Shown: positions 39,358 to 54,091, numbered from the stretch's first letter. The stretch: DNA of 64,000 nt from Eledone cirrhosa (GCA_964016885.1 OZ024742.1:315022001-315086000), one strand, 5' to 3'. Notes: generated by a model from the letters alone, not told the origin. A program made the numbers and translations.

Positions 39358-40158
39358 TGGTTCGTTCTTTACAAATTAAGGGAATAATCTATAAAAGCAT
39401 TCAGTCAAGTGCTGAAGTCGACTAAGTTGACTAGACATTTCTCATACAATGTATAACGAATATATGAACACTGAAAATATTGATAACACTATTTGTGTAT
39501 TTGGTTTTGTATGTGCGCATTCGAGTGAGTCTGTGCCTTTTATAACTACACTACATTCATATATAATCTGGCAGTATTTGAGAATTGTTGTGTTGCCGGT
39601 GTTGAGTCACCAGTCTCCGATATCCGTCGTTCAGACCAAACCAATATCAAATGTCAAAATTCACCAATCCGAGTTACTATAAAAGGTGTTCCACGTTTGT
39701 CCTTCAGGATTTGTTATCGAGTTATAGTGGGATTTAAAACTACATTTACCTTGTACACCACGTTTTGCTTATTGGTAGTTTAATTATTTGTAATTGATGT
39801 TTTGTTTTATGTTCAGTTCAAACGAAAAAAATAAACACTTTGGTTAAGATGAATTAAGAAATGTATTTTCCCTTTATGATAATTAATAAACAAAATTAAC
39901 AATATCGATTACAAAATAAACTTTATATCACAGTTTAATTATTTAGAAAATTTATACGTTATTGATGAAATATAATCGACGATATAGTGTATATATATTT
40001 GTCACCAGAGAAACGCCTGCCGGTATTTAGCGAACGAAGTAAACTAGTGTTGACATTCTAAGGCAATTTTTTACAAATTGTCACGGGGTAAATTGTAAGG
40101 GTTTACAAATTTAGTAACACATATGCACAGACACAAACTCAAACACACACACACACAC

Positions 40159-40230
<72 letters not shown>

Positions 40231-40288
40231 TAGTTCCACAACAGTTAGTTCACCATACCAAGAATCGCTTTATTCGGATCCTCAGCTC

Positions 40289-40351
<63 letters not shown>

Positions 40352-40365
40352 ATATATGTATATAC

Positions 40366-40405
<40 letters not shown>

Positions 40406-40496
40406 CGAAGGAAATGTGGTAAGGAACCAGGTGGACCATAACGCACCAAAGTACTCAATACTTGAGGTAGTAGAGTGGGTAATAGGAACCAGTAAG

Positions 40497-40590
40497 ACCC
40501 CGACAGCTGAGCTCAAGCCGTTTCGACGGCTAATTCTGGACTAAATGAAAATTTATCCTGGTATTTAAATAGCCGATCTTCTCAAGGGGT
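40497..40590 (-). ncRNA. type I hammerhead, U3-A8 variant (family A)
   Basis: Reverse complement of 42397-42490. Confidence 0.8.
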
Positions 40591-42396
40591 AATTCCATAT
40601 ATGGTCAAAGTGATTGTCAAAAATCAGTAGTAATTCTGTGGTTGCAAATTAGTAGGGGAGATGGTGGCTAAACCTGCCAGTAGGAGAAAGAGGGGAGGGG
40701 GTGGAGTAGCCCCAATCAAGCGTTTGTAGTGCCAGCTACAGCTGGGCATGAGGTCAAAGAAGATACAGGGGAGGGGGAGGGTGAGGAAGTCGGAACGGTA
40801 GGTAGAACAATGGTGGGTAGAAATATATAGGAAAGAAAAAATACTGAGAGTGAAGAAAAGCAAATAAGTGTAAAGAAAAACAAATGAGTGTAAAGAAAAA
40901 AGTAAAGTAAATTAAATTCTACGACCTAGGTCTCTAGCTATTGTTAGTCTAGAATAAATAAATAAATAAAGAAAGAAAGGAGTAAAGAAAGAAATAAAGA
41001 AATAACGAAATAAGTAAAAGAACTAGGTGGGACGGGATAGGCGAGGACCCTTTTAAGAGGTATAAGTACGTAAATGATACGGTGACGGGTCAACAAAAGG
41101 GGCCAAAATACTAAAGAGACTACCACGAAATAAACAATAAAGGTTTCCATCCCGGGCACAATTCTAGCGACCACCCAGTGCAGCAAAGTGAACTAATACG
41201 AGGTAATAATTCTGAGTCCCGAGAAAAATAAATACTAATGCTAACTCTAAAAGATCTAAAACAAGCTACATGAAAGTTCGTACGAAGTAAAGGTAGAATA
41301 CGGAAGAATAAATTCAGAATCCACCCCGCCCAAAAGAAAAGCGAAGAAAGAAATACTGAAACGAAAAAATAAGGCATAAGTGCCACTAAGAAATATAGAG
41401 GGCACAGAGTATAGTGGGAGCGGTCGGAAAAAGGGGACAAGTATCCGGGGTCTAAACCAACTGCTATAAAGGGCGGAGTCCGCCAAATCTATCCTAGACT
41501 AGGGGAGGGGGTGGGGGTACAAAGGTTACAAGGGGCCAAAGGGCAGCCTCGGGTGGGCGAGAAAAGACGCCGACAAAAGAGAAGAGCTGGGGTAGAAGGA
41601 CTAAGGAGAGAGGGGGGAAGGAAGGAAATAAAGGAAGCGATAAAAGAATACAAAGAAGATCTTACGTCTCCCTTGGCAAGCAGGGGTTACCCATTGCAAA
41701 ATCGGCAAGTGGGGGTGTTATAGCCCTAGTCTACCCCCCCCCCCCCCCGGGTCATTATGGGGTTTGAGGGCGAGGTAAGTCCTACGCAATCTATGTTTAC
41801 ATGCAGTAACCAGTGGTCGCTGGAATTGTGCCCGGGATGGAAACCTTTATTGCTTATTTCGTGGTAGTCTCTTTAGTATTTTGGCCCCTTTTGTTGACCC
41901 GTCACCGTATCATTTACGTACTTATACCTCTTAAAAGGGTCTTCGCCTATTCCGTCCCACCTAGTTCTTTTACTTATTTCGTTATTTCTTTATTTCTTTC
42001 TTTACTCCTTTCTTTCTTTATTTATTTATTTATTCTAGACTAACAATAGCTAGAGACCTAGGTCGTAGAATTTAATTTACTTTACTTTTTTCTTTACACT
42101 CATTTGTTTTTCTTTACACTTATTTGCTTTTCTTCACTCTCAGTATTTTTTCTTTCCTATATATTTCTACCCACCATTGTTCTACCTACCGTTCCGACTT
42201 CCTCCCCCTCCCCCTCCCCTGTATCTTCTTTGACCTCATGCCCAGCTGTAGCTGGCACTACAAACGCTTGATTGGGGCTACTCCACCCCCTCCCCTCTTT
42301 CTCCTACTGGCAGGTTTAGCCACCATCTCCCCTACTAATTTGCAACCACAGAATTACTACTGATTTTTGACAATCACTTTGACCATATATGGAATT

Positions 42397-42490
42397 ACCC
42401 CTTGAGAAGATCGGCTATTTAAATACCAGGATAAATTTTCATTTAGTCCAGAATTAGCCGTCGAAACGGCTTGAGCTCAGCTGTCGGGGT
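42397..42490 (+). ncRNA. type I hammerhead, U3-A8 variant (family A)
   Basis: acccc-TTGAGAA-ga(t)cggcta..tagccgtc-GAAA-cggct(tgagctc)agctg-TC-ggggt. Confidence 0.8.
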
Positions 42491-42500
42491 CTTACTGGTT

Positions 42501-42579
<79 letters not shown>

Positions 42580-42631
42580 GTATATAGTGACGAAACATAA
42601 GTCAATTGCATGAGCTCATAATCCTTTATTT

Positions 42632-42687
42632 ACTGGTATATATATTTCGATGATAGCCATTGAATGGCTATGACCTCATCAGGCAGT
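42632..42687 (-). ncRNA. type I hammerhead (copy of 11881 family)
   Basis: Same sequence with one stem I mismatch. Confidence 0.7.
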
Positions 42688-42747
42688 TAGTCAGTTCTTA
42701 GATATGCCTGCGCTGTGTTTATAGTGTTGATGGTATCAGAGCCTTGT

Positions 42748-42820
<73 letters not shown>

Positions 42821-42822
<2 letters not shown>

Positions 42823-42984
42823 CAAAGGAATTTTGGTAAGGAACCAGATGGACAATAACGCACCAGAGTACTCAATACTTAGGGTGGTAGAGTGGGAAAT
42901 AGGAAAAAGTATTACCCCGACGGCAGAGCTCAAGCCGTTTCGGCGGCTATTTCTAAACTCTGCCGTCGGGGTCATACTTTTTCC
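42821..42984 (-). mobile_element. family A short fold-back end
   Basis: Family tail plus short inverted arm. Confidence 0.75.
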
Positions 42985-43117
42985 TATATATATATAATAT
43001 TTATATATATGTATATATATATATATATACATGTATATATATATATATATATATAAATATATATATATATGTATGTATATATATATATATATATATAAAT
43101 ATATATATATATGTATG

Positions 43118-43171
<54 letters not shown>

Positions 43172-43174
43172 TAA

Positions 43175-43205
<31 letters not shown>

Positions 43206-43216
43206 AATATATATAA

Positions 43217-44179
<963 letters not shown>

Positions 44180-44196
44180 GTATATATATATATGTG

Positions 44197-44303
<107 letters not shown>

Positions 44304-44377
44304 CGTTTCTGAATTTGTTTAGCAAGATTCTTTATCTGAAATCGTGTGTTATTGGCAACATGACCCTCCCAAAGTAT

Positions 44378-44429
<52 letters not shown>

Positions 44430-45452
44430 GGCAATGGTAGAATTTAAATTCACCATGCAAAACTATGATACTACATACTGTATATCATTTAATCCAATAC
44501 TCCACTAGTTCTGATCTTTACGTGACTTTTATTAATCGTACAGAAGTATTTGCTTCATCAATAAATTAGTAAGCATAATAGCTGAATATATTTCTTAAAA
44601 ACCAAATTTTTAACAAACCTTTTGTGAAAATCTTGTAAGTAATTATTAATGTATAAACCTTAAGATACCTTTACAGCTGTCAAACTTTTTGTCAAAATTT
44701 TTGTCAACATTTTTGCGGGGGAGGGGGGGGGGGGGGGACTCTCTAATTTGAAAGTTTGGAAAAATCCTTTCGTGTAACTTTTAATTTCCCAGATGTGAAG
44801 TCTATATATATATCTTTTATCATGTCTTCAACAAGATGCTATTTTGAAAATGTGATCATTTTTGTCTTTTATCCTGTTGTGTATGTGTGCGAGGTTGTAT
44901 AGACATAGATGAACTTGCACATGTACATTCCCACGAACATATTTCCAACGGACATGCACATGTACCCACATATACATCTATATATGCATACACAAAAGAT
45001 ATAGGTACCTTATATTTAGAGTTAATCAATTTTATTATTCCCATCTTTAGTTCAGTACGAAATATCTAATGGATAACAATAGTACCTTTAAGCGTGGCTT
45101 ATATTTTTCAAATAAATTACTTTTCTTCAAATTTTTGTTATTTTCTAATCCGAATCTTATATGAATAGTATGTAATTTCATTCCCGTACATTTTGTACTG
45201 TGGCGATGTAATAGAAATTGTCTGGTGTTTACATCATGGATTTTTGGTGGTGTATGGTCATGTTGCACAATGGTATTCTGGTTTATTTGATATAGATTTT
45301 TTTAGACACCCACAGTATAGTCTCAAATAAATTAAGTTCTAAGTGTTCCAGCTAGTGTGGTTCCAAGCTTTTACTTTGTTTCTGATGCCAATCGGATATT
45401 TACATATATCCTCTCCTCTTCATCATCTCTCTTTCTTTCTCAATAAATATAC

Positions 45453-45496
<44 letters not shown>

Positions 45497-45500
<4 letters not shown>

Positions 45501-45707
45501 ATACTTGGGGAGGGTCATATTTGTGTAATATTGCCAGAATTAATAACAGAACACAATCACTGTTTGGTTGGTTTTCGCTTTTCGCGAAAACCAACCAAAC
45601 AGTGAGTGTGTTCTGTTATTAATTCTGGCAATATTACACAAATATGACCCTCCCCAAGTATAACAATATTTGTTTCGACACACGATTTCATAGAAAAAAC
45701 CTCGCAA

Positions 45708-45710
<3 letters not shown>
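45497..45710. repeat. fold-back element
   Basis: 45495-45578 inverted with 45585-45669. Confidence 0.8.
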
Positions 45711-45782
<72 letters not shown>

Positions 45783-46023
45783 TTAGTTAAGCAAAACAAG
45801 ACCACAGATTCCACAAGGGGAAATTTATGGTCTTGTTTTGCTTAACTAATGAATATTTCCAGCTCTGTGTACCTAACCTCTGCATGAACCCAGCAACCTA
45901 ACTGCCTTCCACTGCATATTGTAAATTGAGCACATGCCTTTACGCTTAGCTTCTAACTAATTCACCAATCTCTCTTCTCCTCTCCTATCTCCATCTCTGT
46001 TTTTAAGATTGGTTACTCTTGAA

Positions 46024-46079
<56 letters not shown>

Positions 46080-46281
46080 GATCACGAAATATCGTTATAA
46101 GTAATCCAGTTAGAGGTTGTGAATACTTCTTATTATAGATAGTTTTAGCGTACGGCGTTGTTTGACTCAACAAGAGGTTTATGATTTCACTTGTATTCTT
46201 ATGTAAGTTTATCTTGGAGTAATAAAATTGAAAAAGTGAAGAATAACATGGTTAACAGTACAAAAAAGGGGACTTATTTAC

Positions 46282-46389
46282 AGTCTAACAATTGTTTCTC
46301 TTATTAAGTTGTCTAAAACTTTCTGAACACTATAAACAGTGCCACTCAATTACAAATACGATGTTAGCTCAATCAGATCATCAGAAACT
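46282..46389 (-). ncRNA. type I hammerhead with long stem II
   Basis: agttt-CTGATGA-tctgattgag..cttaataaga-GAAA-caattg-TT-agact. Confidence 0.75.
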
Positions 46390-46717
46390 ATTACAAAAAA
46401 TATATATAACCGGCAAATTTACAAATTCAAATTACATCATCAATAATAATATTAATAACAAAGATAGAGAGAGGAAAAAAGAAAGAAAGGGAGATAGATA
46501 AAGGAAAGAAAGAAAGAAAAAGAAAAAGAGGAAGAAAAAGAAAAAGGAGAAATAAATACAGAGAAAAATATAGAGAGAAGAGATTATATGGATAAATGAT
46601 GATAGAAAGAGGAGAGACATGCATAAGGAGAAATAACGCAGGGGAGAAAGAACAATAGAGGGAAAATAATGATATCAATAATAAATGAATAAACGTTAAT
46701 ACATTAATAAATGTAAA

Positions 46718-46748
<31 letters not shown>

Positions 46749-47094
46749 TACATCTAATATGATACAAAATGTTATAAAATGTGAGAAATTAAAAATGAAA
46801 ATATGAAAATAAATAAGTAAAAAAGTAAAAATGTGTGAAGAAAATTTAAACATATTAAGATTATTGAAAGTGGTTTTTGAGAGTGGCTAAAATATAGAAA
46901 GATACGAAGGTATAAATACGATAATGTTAAATATATTTATGTGTGTATTGGTTATTTCAATAAATAAATTAATTAATTAGTTCTAAGTTATATTATATGA
47001 TAAAATAAAATGTCAGAGATGAAATAAATTTAGGGAGAGAAATATAGAGATAGAGAGTGAAAGATAGAGATATATAAAATAAGAATGTAATAAT

Positions 47095-47468
47095 TGTTTC
47101 TACTATTGGCACAAGGCCAGCAATTACTCAGTACATTACTGGTACTTTATTTTATCGACCTCGTAAGGATGAAAGGCAAAGTTAACCTCGGCGCGATTTG
47201 AACTCAGAATGGCAAGGGCCGTAACTCTATGCGTCAAAGCATGGCGTCCGACCCTCTACCAATCCTGCCAGTTCACCGCCCTTTGTTTCTAATTTAGGCA
47301 CAAGGCCAGCAAATACCCAGTGCATTACTGGTACTTTATTTTATCGACCTCGTAAGGATGAAAGGTAAAGTCAACCTCGGCGGGATTTGAACTCAGATCG
47401 TAAAGGGACTTAACTATGCTGGAAAGCATTGTGTCCGACCCTCTACCGATACTGCCAATCCACCACCC
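47095..47468 (-). mobile_element. two nested SINEs
   Basis: Copies at 47095-47281 and 47283-47468; outer TSD taagaatgtaataat (47080, 47469); inner duplication ttgtttcta. Confidence 0.88.
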
Positions 47469-47607
47469 TAAGAATGTAATAATAAGAGGTTTTGATGTTG
47501 TTCCTTGATAGATGATGACAATTATAATAATAATGATGATGATGATAATGTGATATTATAATAGATCTAAGTGGTACAATTTAGGTTATGGAATAGATAA
47601 GATGAAA

Positions 47608-47900
47608 TTAAGCTGGTATAAAGTTCTGGAATTTGGTCGCCGTTTTATGTCGATAGAAAATAGTTCTTTCAATTTTACTGTTAAGAAGCATTTTGTTGTA
47701 ATTTAAAATTTCGAAAAGTTCCATATTACAGAGACCGCAGTGGGACATACCAATTTGATAGCTTCATCCAGCTGATTTTAAATTCCATGTTTGCATCCTT
47801 GAGTTGCCAGATTTTATTGGCGAGAGTCGTTGTATTTAAGAGGTTTCTGTTAATCATAGAGTGTCTATGAACGTACCACCTTTTCTAAAACTCTCCAGCT
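47608..47900 (-). pseudogene. PLE GIY-YIG C-terminal remnant
   Basis: Frameshifted translation FRKRWYVHRHSM..TTLANKIWQLK..FKISW..LCNMELFEIL..LLNSKIE..YRHK, resembling PLE endonucleases that end in a CRH-type motif. Confidence 0.65.
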
Positions 47901-48064
47901 GTGGAGAAATGTAATGCCATGCTAAGCTACCGGAATTTATAGGTATACGATCTTTGTCTCTAGGCATCTATTTTGTCTCTAGACATCTATCTTTATTATT
48001 AATATTATTATTGATGATGTAATTTAAATTTGTAAATTTGCCGGTTGTATATATTTTTTGTAAC

Positions 48065-48172
48065 AGTTTCTGATGATCTGATTGAGCTAACATCGTATTT
48101 GAAATTGAGTGGCGCTGCTTACAGTGTTCAGCAATTTTTAGACAACTTAATCAGAGAAACAATTGTTAAACT
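48065..48172 (+). ncRNA. type I hammerhead with long stem II
   Basis: agttt-CTGATGA-tctgattgag..cttaatcaga-GAAA-caattg-TT-aaact. Confidence 0.8.
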
Positions 48173-48230
48173 ATAAATAAATCCCCTTTTTTTTACTGTT
48201 GACCATGTTATTCTTCACTTTTTCAATTAT

Positions 48231-48360
<130 letters not shown>

Positions 48361-48407
48361 AGTGAATTGATGAATGCTTCGAAGAGCGCGCCACCGTAAC
48401 TGTAGTT

Positions 48408-48482
<75 letters not shown>

Positions 48483-48487
<5 letters not shown>

Positions 48488-49040
48488 GAACATAGAAATA
48501 GAAATAAAAATAAAAATGAAATCTACACACAGAAGAGACGCAATGTTTAGACAAATCACAGAGGAAATAAACATAAATGAACTCCAACCAAAATTAAATA
48601 GAAAACATGAATGGAATAGCAACATCACAACTTACAATTAAGGACAAAATGAAAACACAGACACACATAGAACAAACAACCAACCAGTAACATGTAAATA
48701 AACAAATAAATAAACAAATAAAAGCACACACAGACACCCGGATGTAACACATGCGCAAACTAAGCACACAACACACACAAAAACAAGATAGCGTAGGACA
48801 GAACAAAGGAGAGGCACAAAACAAAGAAAAGAATCCCCAGTCACTGAAGATGTCACAGAATGTGTGACGAACGAACTTTGACAATATATGAACAACCGTC
48901 CGGTTGTGGAACCAACCAACCAACAGGAAATTTATAAAAAAATTAAAACATTTTTTTTTTAATTTATAATAAATTGGAGTGAAAGCGATTGGTGCGTGTG
49001 TTTCTTATTGGCAACATGACCCTCCCAAAGTATAACAATA
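48483..49040 (+). mobile_element. Penelope-like 3' fragment (same family as 7575-8480)
   Basis: Encodes ..DAMFRQITEEININELQPKLNRKHEW; HHR-like motif at 48840-48882; inverted tail. Confidence 0.8.
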
Positions 49041-49065
49041 TATATATATATATATATATATGAAA

Positions 49066-49096
<31 letters not shown>

Positions 49097-49412
49097 CATA
49101 TATATTATATTATATATTATATAAAAAGAGGCTGTTTGCATAATTATTATTAATATTCGAAAACCTCAGATTACATTTATTATATATATATTCATTTAGG
49201 TTAGTTGGTTCACACTGGATAGAACTGGTCATTCCGTATAGTAAAGCGTGATGTAATATTATAAATCTTGTTGGTGGTGAGAGAACGGAGTTAAATATTA
49301 TTGAGTAAAATGACAGGAGGCTGGACTGGTGAGATTCCTGAAATGTGCATAGTCTTTGCTATAATAAATCTTTGATGTAATCTCACCAGTCCAGCCTCCT
49401 GTCATTTTACTC

Positions 49413-49454
<42 letters not shown>

Positions 49455-49457
<3 letters not shown>

Positions 49458-49640
49458 AACCAGTAAGACCCCGACGGCTGAGCTCAAGCCGTTTCGACGG
49501 CTAATTCTGGAATTAGCCGTCGAAACAGCTTGAGCTCAGCCGTCGGGGTCTTACTGGTTCCTATTGCCCACTCTACTACCCTAAGTATTGAGTACTTTGG
49601 TGCGTTATTGTCCACCTGGTTCCTTACCACATTTCCTTCG

Positions 49641-49642
<2 letters not shown>
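49455..49642 (+). mobile_element. family A short fold-back end
   Basis: Same layout as 34661-34852. Confidence 0.8.
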
Positions 49643-49703
<61 letters not shown>

Positions 49704-51530
49704 TATATATATACATATATATATATATCTTGTTACCGCTCGATCTCCCCACCTGCTCTCTCTCTCTTTCTCTCTCTGAGTGTATTTGTTTTGATATCAA
49801 TCTAACTATCTTTCAGCTCCCTGAACTATCTGTACGAATAACTATTCATCTCTGTACCCATAGTAAATACAACAGTTATTTAATTATCCGTTTTCAATTT
49901 GTAATCAGTGTGTAAAACATCAATTCAAATGAAGCCTTCATAGTTTCTTCATATTTCAATAAAGGAAAATCTGTTTCAAAAAGGTTTAAAGTACAATTGA
50001 ACTGTAATGAAATCTTTTTGATGTCATCTTCTGAATTCTAATGTTTTGCTTCAATGTTGTGGATTACTTGCAGCTAACATAATTTTATATCAATTTGGTT
50101 GGAATGTGTTGCTTTAGTTTCTGCAGATACAATTAGTGAGACTTGTCAATAGTAATGTTCTGATAAAGAAAGGAAAGTGGTAGAAATAGAAATAAACAAT
50201 ACGATGCAATTTTCTCTAATACTGTGAGGAGGGTATCTTTCCATATCAGAGTAAAATTTTAACGAAAGCAGTGATGTTAATAGTATCAAGATACTAACAC
50301 GCATTCACTCATGAATCACATGCACATATGCACAAAGATTTAGTCATGCGGTGGGTAACACAAAATCAAACTAGAGATAAAGAAATATGGACTACGACAT
50401 TCTGTCAGAAATTAAGACTTAGAAATAAATCAGATAGAAAAAAAATGAGCTGAAAACAATTTCATTCACTTATTGTAGAAACATGTTTCGGAACGCGACA
50501 GCAATAGAGATTACAGAAAATCGATATAATCAATATCAGATTGATTTAATTCTAGATACGTATGTTTTGGTTTTATTTCTACTTCAGCTTGGTGCCTTTT
50601 CTGTTTTCGCTTTATGTTTTTTTGTGGGGTTTTTTTGTAGTTTTTTTCTACAATGGAAATATCCCACTTCCACGAGAAAAGGGTAACAGTAAAATTTGAT
50701 TTTCACACAAGCACACAATATCTATTATAATCGATTGAAATGGTTTCTAAGCTTTAATATATTAGATAGCGTAACGGTGTAGCATTTTGAAGTTTTCTAA
50801 CAATAAGAAAAGTGAATTCTTAGAGAACATCCATTCAAAAGTTATCTTTTAATATGTGACATCTCTGCAACGTCATTAGTGTTGAATTATTATATTCATC
50901 ATATTTTTTATTAGCAGTTCTCGAATTATGTGAGCTATATCTTATATTATGTCCATCTAAGCATATACTGTTCTTTTGTCTACTAACGGTGAAACATTAC
51001 TTTATGCGACACGAACCTGCTATACAATATGACATAGCAATCATTATTACAAAAACATTACAATGAATACTGAAGTCTAGTTTTAAAATCTGATTAAGTT
51101 ACGTTTACAATTCGATTTTATTCCTAGCTCGATATATATAACAGGATTTTTTTGTTAATATTTTATCAACGTAATGCCTCATGAGATTTTTCCCTGGCCC
51201 ACTTTCGAGCTTAGATTGGTGAGGTGAATATGATTTATGTTTCGTGTTATTATCTTTAGGTCAACGACTGCATGAAAACACTGGCTGGCAAGGGATGACT
51301 CCAAGAGAGCTGACGTACTGATGGTAAAAGATAGATAGAAGTAGTTGTTGTGAATATAGTGCCAAACGTAGAACTAGGGAAGCGTTGGCCTGTGTGAAGA
51401 TGGCAAGGAACTTGCTATTTCAGACGATTATATGATGTTGTCTATACTACTAATAGGATTTTCACAGGGAGAGAATACAGAATGTTCGTGAGCCAAATAC
51501 ATTGAAATTGATTTAGACGTGTATCTAATA

Positions 51531-51638
51531 TAAGAAGCACCTAGCTTCTTTTTTAAACATAGACTTAAGAAGCACCTAGCTTCTTTTTTAAATATAGACT
51601 TAAGAAGCACCTAGCTTCTTTTTTAAATATAGACTTAA
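51531..51638. repeat. minisatellite, 3 x 35 bp
   Basis: taagaagcacctagcttcttttttaaa(c/t)atagact repeated three times with no spacers. Confidence 0.9.
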
Positions 51639-51804
51639 AGACATAAGTTTCTACGGATTATTCAAAGGCAAGGAACAATTCCTGAAAGCTAAAGAAGAAC
51701 AGAACCTTAGTAGATACGGATCTACATAAAATACTATTGGTCAATGTGGAGGAATACAGTTTTAATGCGATCATTAAATAAGAGGAAGCAATAGTAGAAG
51801 CAAC

Positions 51805-52335
51805 AGCACCATTTGTGAGTCTATGGGTATCGACGAAATCGAACTGAGCAATCCCTTCCGGTGGACTTTCGAATCGGGGACAATGGATAACTTCCAGAAA
51901 TCCCGCACTTGGCAGTTAGACACTACCGGGTCGAGATAAATACTTCATACACGGAAGTCAGACGGGCCTGTTCGAGATGTGTGCAGTGTCCATGCATTAC
52001 TGACTTGTGTAGTTATGTCGAACATATGTTAACGCGTGTGGGACGGCTCCTACTATCCTCCGAGTCCATCGTGAAGATCGCCTCACCGCCTTCTTTTAGT
52101 CTGGAAGGGCAGGCAGTTTTCCTCTGCACGGTGGCCGTAGTGAAAGATGTTTGTGGTGGACGAGATTGGATTGACTGCAGACAAACACTTTCCTCTTCTG
52201 CCAGTCTCTCATCAACCTTTTCAAGCTCCACGTGAAAGGGAAGGTAAGGATGACGAGAGAATCGTTGCTCTCCAGTACATTTATCAAAATGTAGGTGAAT
52301 GTTGCGAAGATGGCCTGTGTGAATAGAATTATGTC
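51805..52335 (+). mobile_element. old Tx1-like ORF2 3' fragment
   Basis: ICESMGIDEIEL..TMDNFQKS, VQCPCITDLCSYVEHMLTRVGR..ESIVKI match the Tx1 copies. Confidence 0.8.
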
Positions 52336-52590
52336 CATTTACGTTCTGAGTTCAAATCCTGCCGAGGTTAACTTTGCCTTTCATCCCTACGGGGTCGATA
52401 AAATAAGGAACCTGTAACGTACTTCCCCCTCTCTCAAATTACTGGCCTTGTTCCTATAATAGAAATCATTATTATTATAATTATTGGTCGTATCGGTTGA
52501 GCATCGGGCACCATGGTTAACATACAATTACGTCCTTTTACGTTCTGTGTTCAAATCCCGCTGATCTCAGCTTTGCCTTTTATCCTAAGG
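52336..52590 (+). mobile_element. two partial SINEs
   Basis: Family B-box and core fragments. Confidence 0.7.
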
Positions 52591-53364
52591 TAGGTATGTG
52601 GAAACCCATGATTTTTAAAATTATATCACCGCTGGTACTTTTTTCTCCAAACCATCCACATTCCCTCCACTCTGTTCCGCTCTTTATTTTTCATTCTCTT
52701 CTCAACATCTCTACTCCTTTCTCTTTCTATTTCCCTCCCTCTATATATATTTTTTTTACTTCTGTCTCTCTCTTTTTCTCTCTTCCGATTAATTTTATCT
52801 AAGAGATGGCTTCCTGGGCATAAGCTAATAAAATTGTGAAAAATAATTGATTATTTGTTAAATATTAAATTTAGCATTTCTCTTGAGAAGTAGAAAAATA
52901 CAATATTTACGATTATTAATTTAACGATGTTTCGAAATTAATAAAAGAATACATCAAAAATAATTGTTATTAATAGAATAAAAGACACTGTCATGTTCCC
53001 AGATTTAATATATTTTAAGAAAATTTCCCAATGGAAAATATACATACATGCAATTGTTTAAAACAATTCCTATATATAGGCGCATAAATAATTTTATGGT
53101 TAAAGATATCACTTCACAACCTATATGCTTTTAGCTTCAGTTCTACTGCTTGGCAGGTTGAGTAATTGCCCTCAACTACAGTTTCTGAGAGACCAATGAC
53201 ATGCGAGTGAGATTTCGTCGACCGAAACTGTGTGGAAACCCATTGTATATATATATATATCGAGAGTGGATGGACTTTCGTCAAATCGGACCGAGGAAAC
53301 AATGTTTCCGTTGATCTTTCCCATTGCTAATACTCTCTATCGGTCGCAACTCCAGGTTAAAAGG

Positions 53365-53482
53365 AGCAACGTGAAATAAAGTGCCTTGCTCACGGACATA
53401 ACGCTTCGTCCGGTCCAGGAATTAAACTCACAACCTCACGATTGCGGATCCAATTCTCTTACCACTCAGCCACGCGCCTTCA
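53365..53482 (-). mobile_element. tRNA-derived SINE head, different family
   Basis: Minus strand ggcgcgTGGCTGAGTGGtaag..gagtttaattcc; gtgccttgctca.ggaca motif. Confidence 0.6.
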
Positions 53483-53656
<174 letters not shown>

Positions 53657-54057
53657 CGTGTGTGAAGTAATTCCATCGGAAAAGTCCAGGAAAAAAGAGT
53701 GCTCTATGTAGGCAACAGAGCTTAATTATTATTATTATGTAATAAACAACATAAGGCAATTATTCCATTTACCAGTGGTTTCTTAAAAGCAAAAGGTTTT
53801 GCTTTCAATCCACTATTTAGGGTTTGTATATATAATATGTTACCACTAAAGGTTTTATTACATACATAACCATAAATAGTACCCTTAATACTATATATAT
53901 ATACATATATATATAAATTAATAAAAACAATGAATAAAAACAAAGAAACAGTTCCTTATATTAAAAAATCATCATTTTACGATCGTTTCTAGGATATATA
54001 TGTGGACATTACCGTATATTCTGGTAGATTTATCTACATACATATATATGTGTGTAT

Positions 54058-54091
<34 letters not shown>

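Larger units (their letters stand above)
40403..42504. mobile_element. 2.1-kb non-coding family A element with about 690-bp inverted arms
   Basis: 40483-41174 inverted with 41813-42504, nearly identical; one HHR per arm; (TA)n on both sides. Confidence 0.85.
46225..48229 (-). mobile_element. Penelope-like 3' fragment with about 235-bp inverted pLTR arm
   Basis: 46225-46458 inverted with 47993-48229; GIY-YIG remnant inside; one HHR on each arm. Confidence 0.8.

Noticed and set aside
51531-51638. 35-bp hairpin-containing direct repeats resembling CRISPR
   Set aside because: Repeats are contiguous with no spacers, there are no cas genes and the context is eukaryotic; it is a minisatellite
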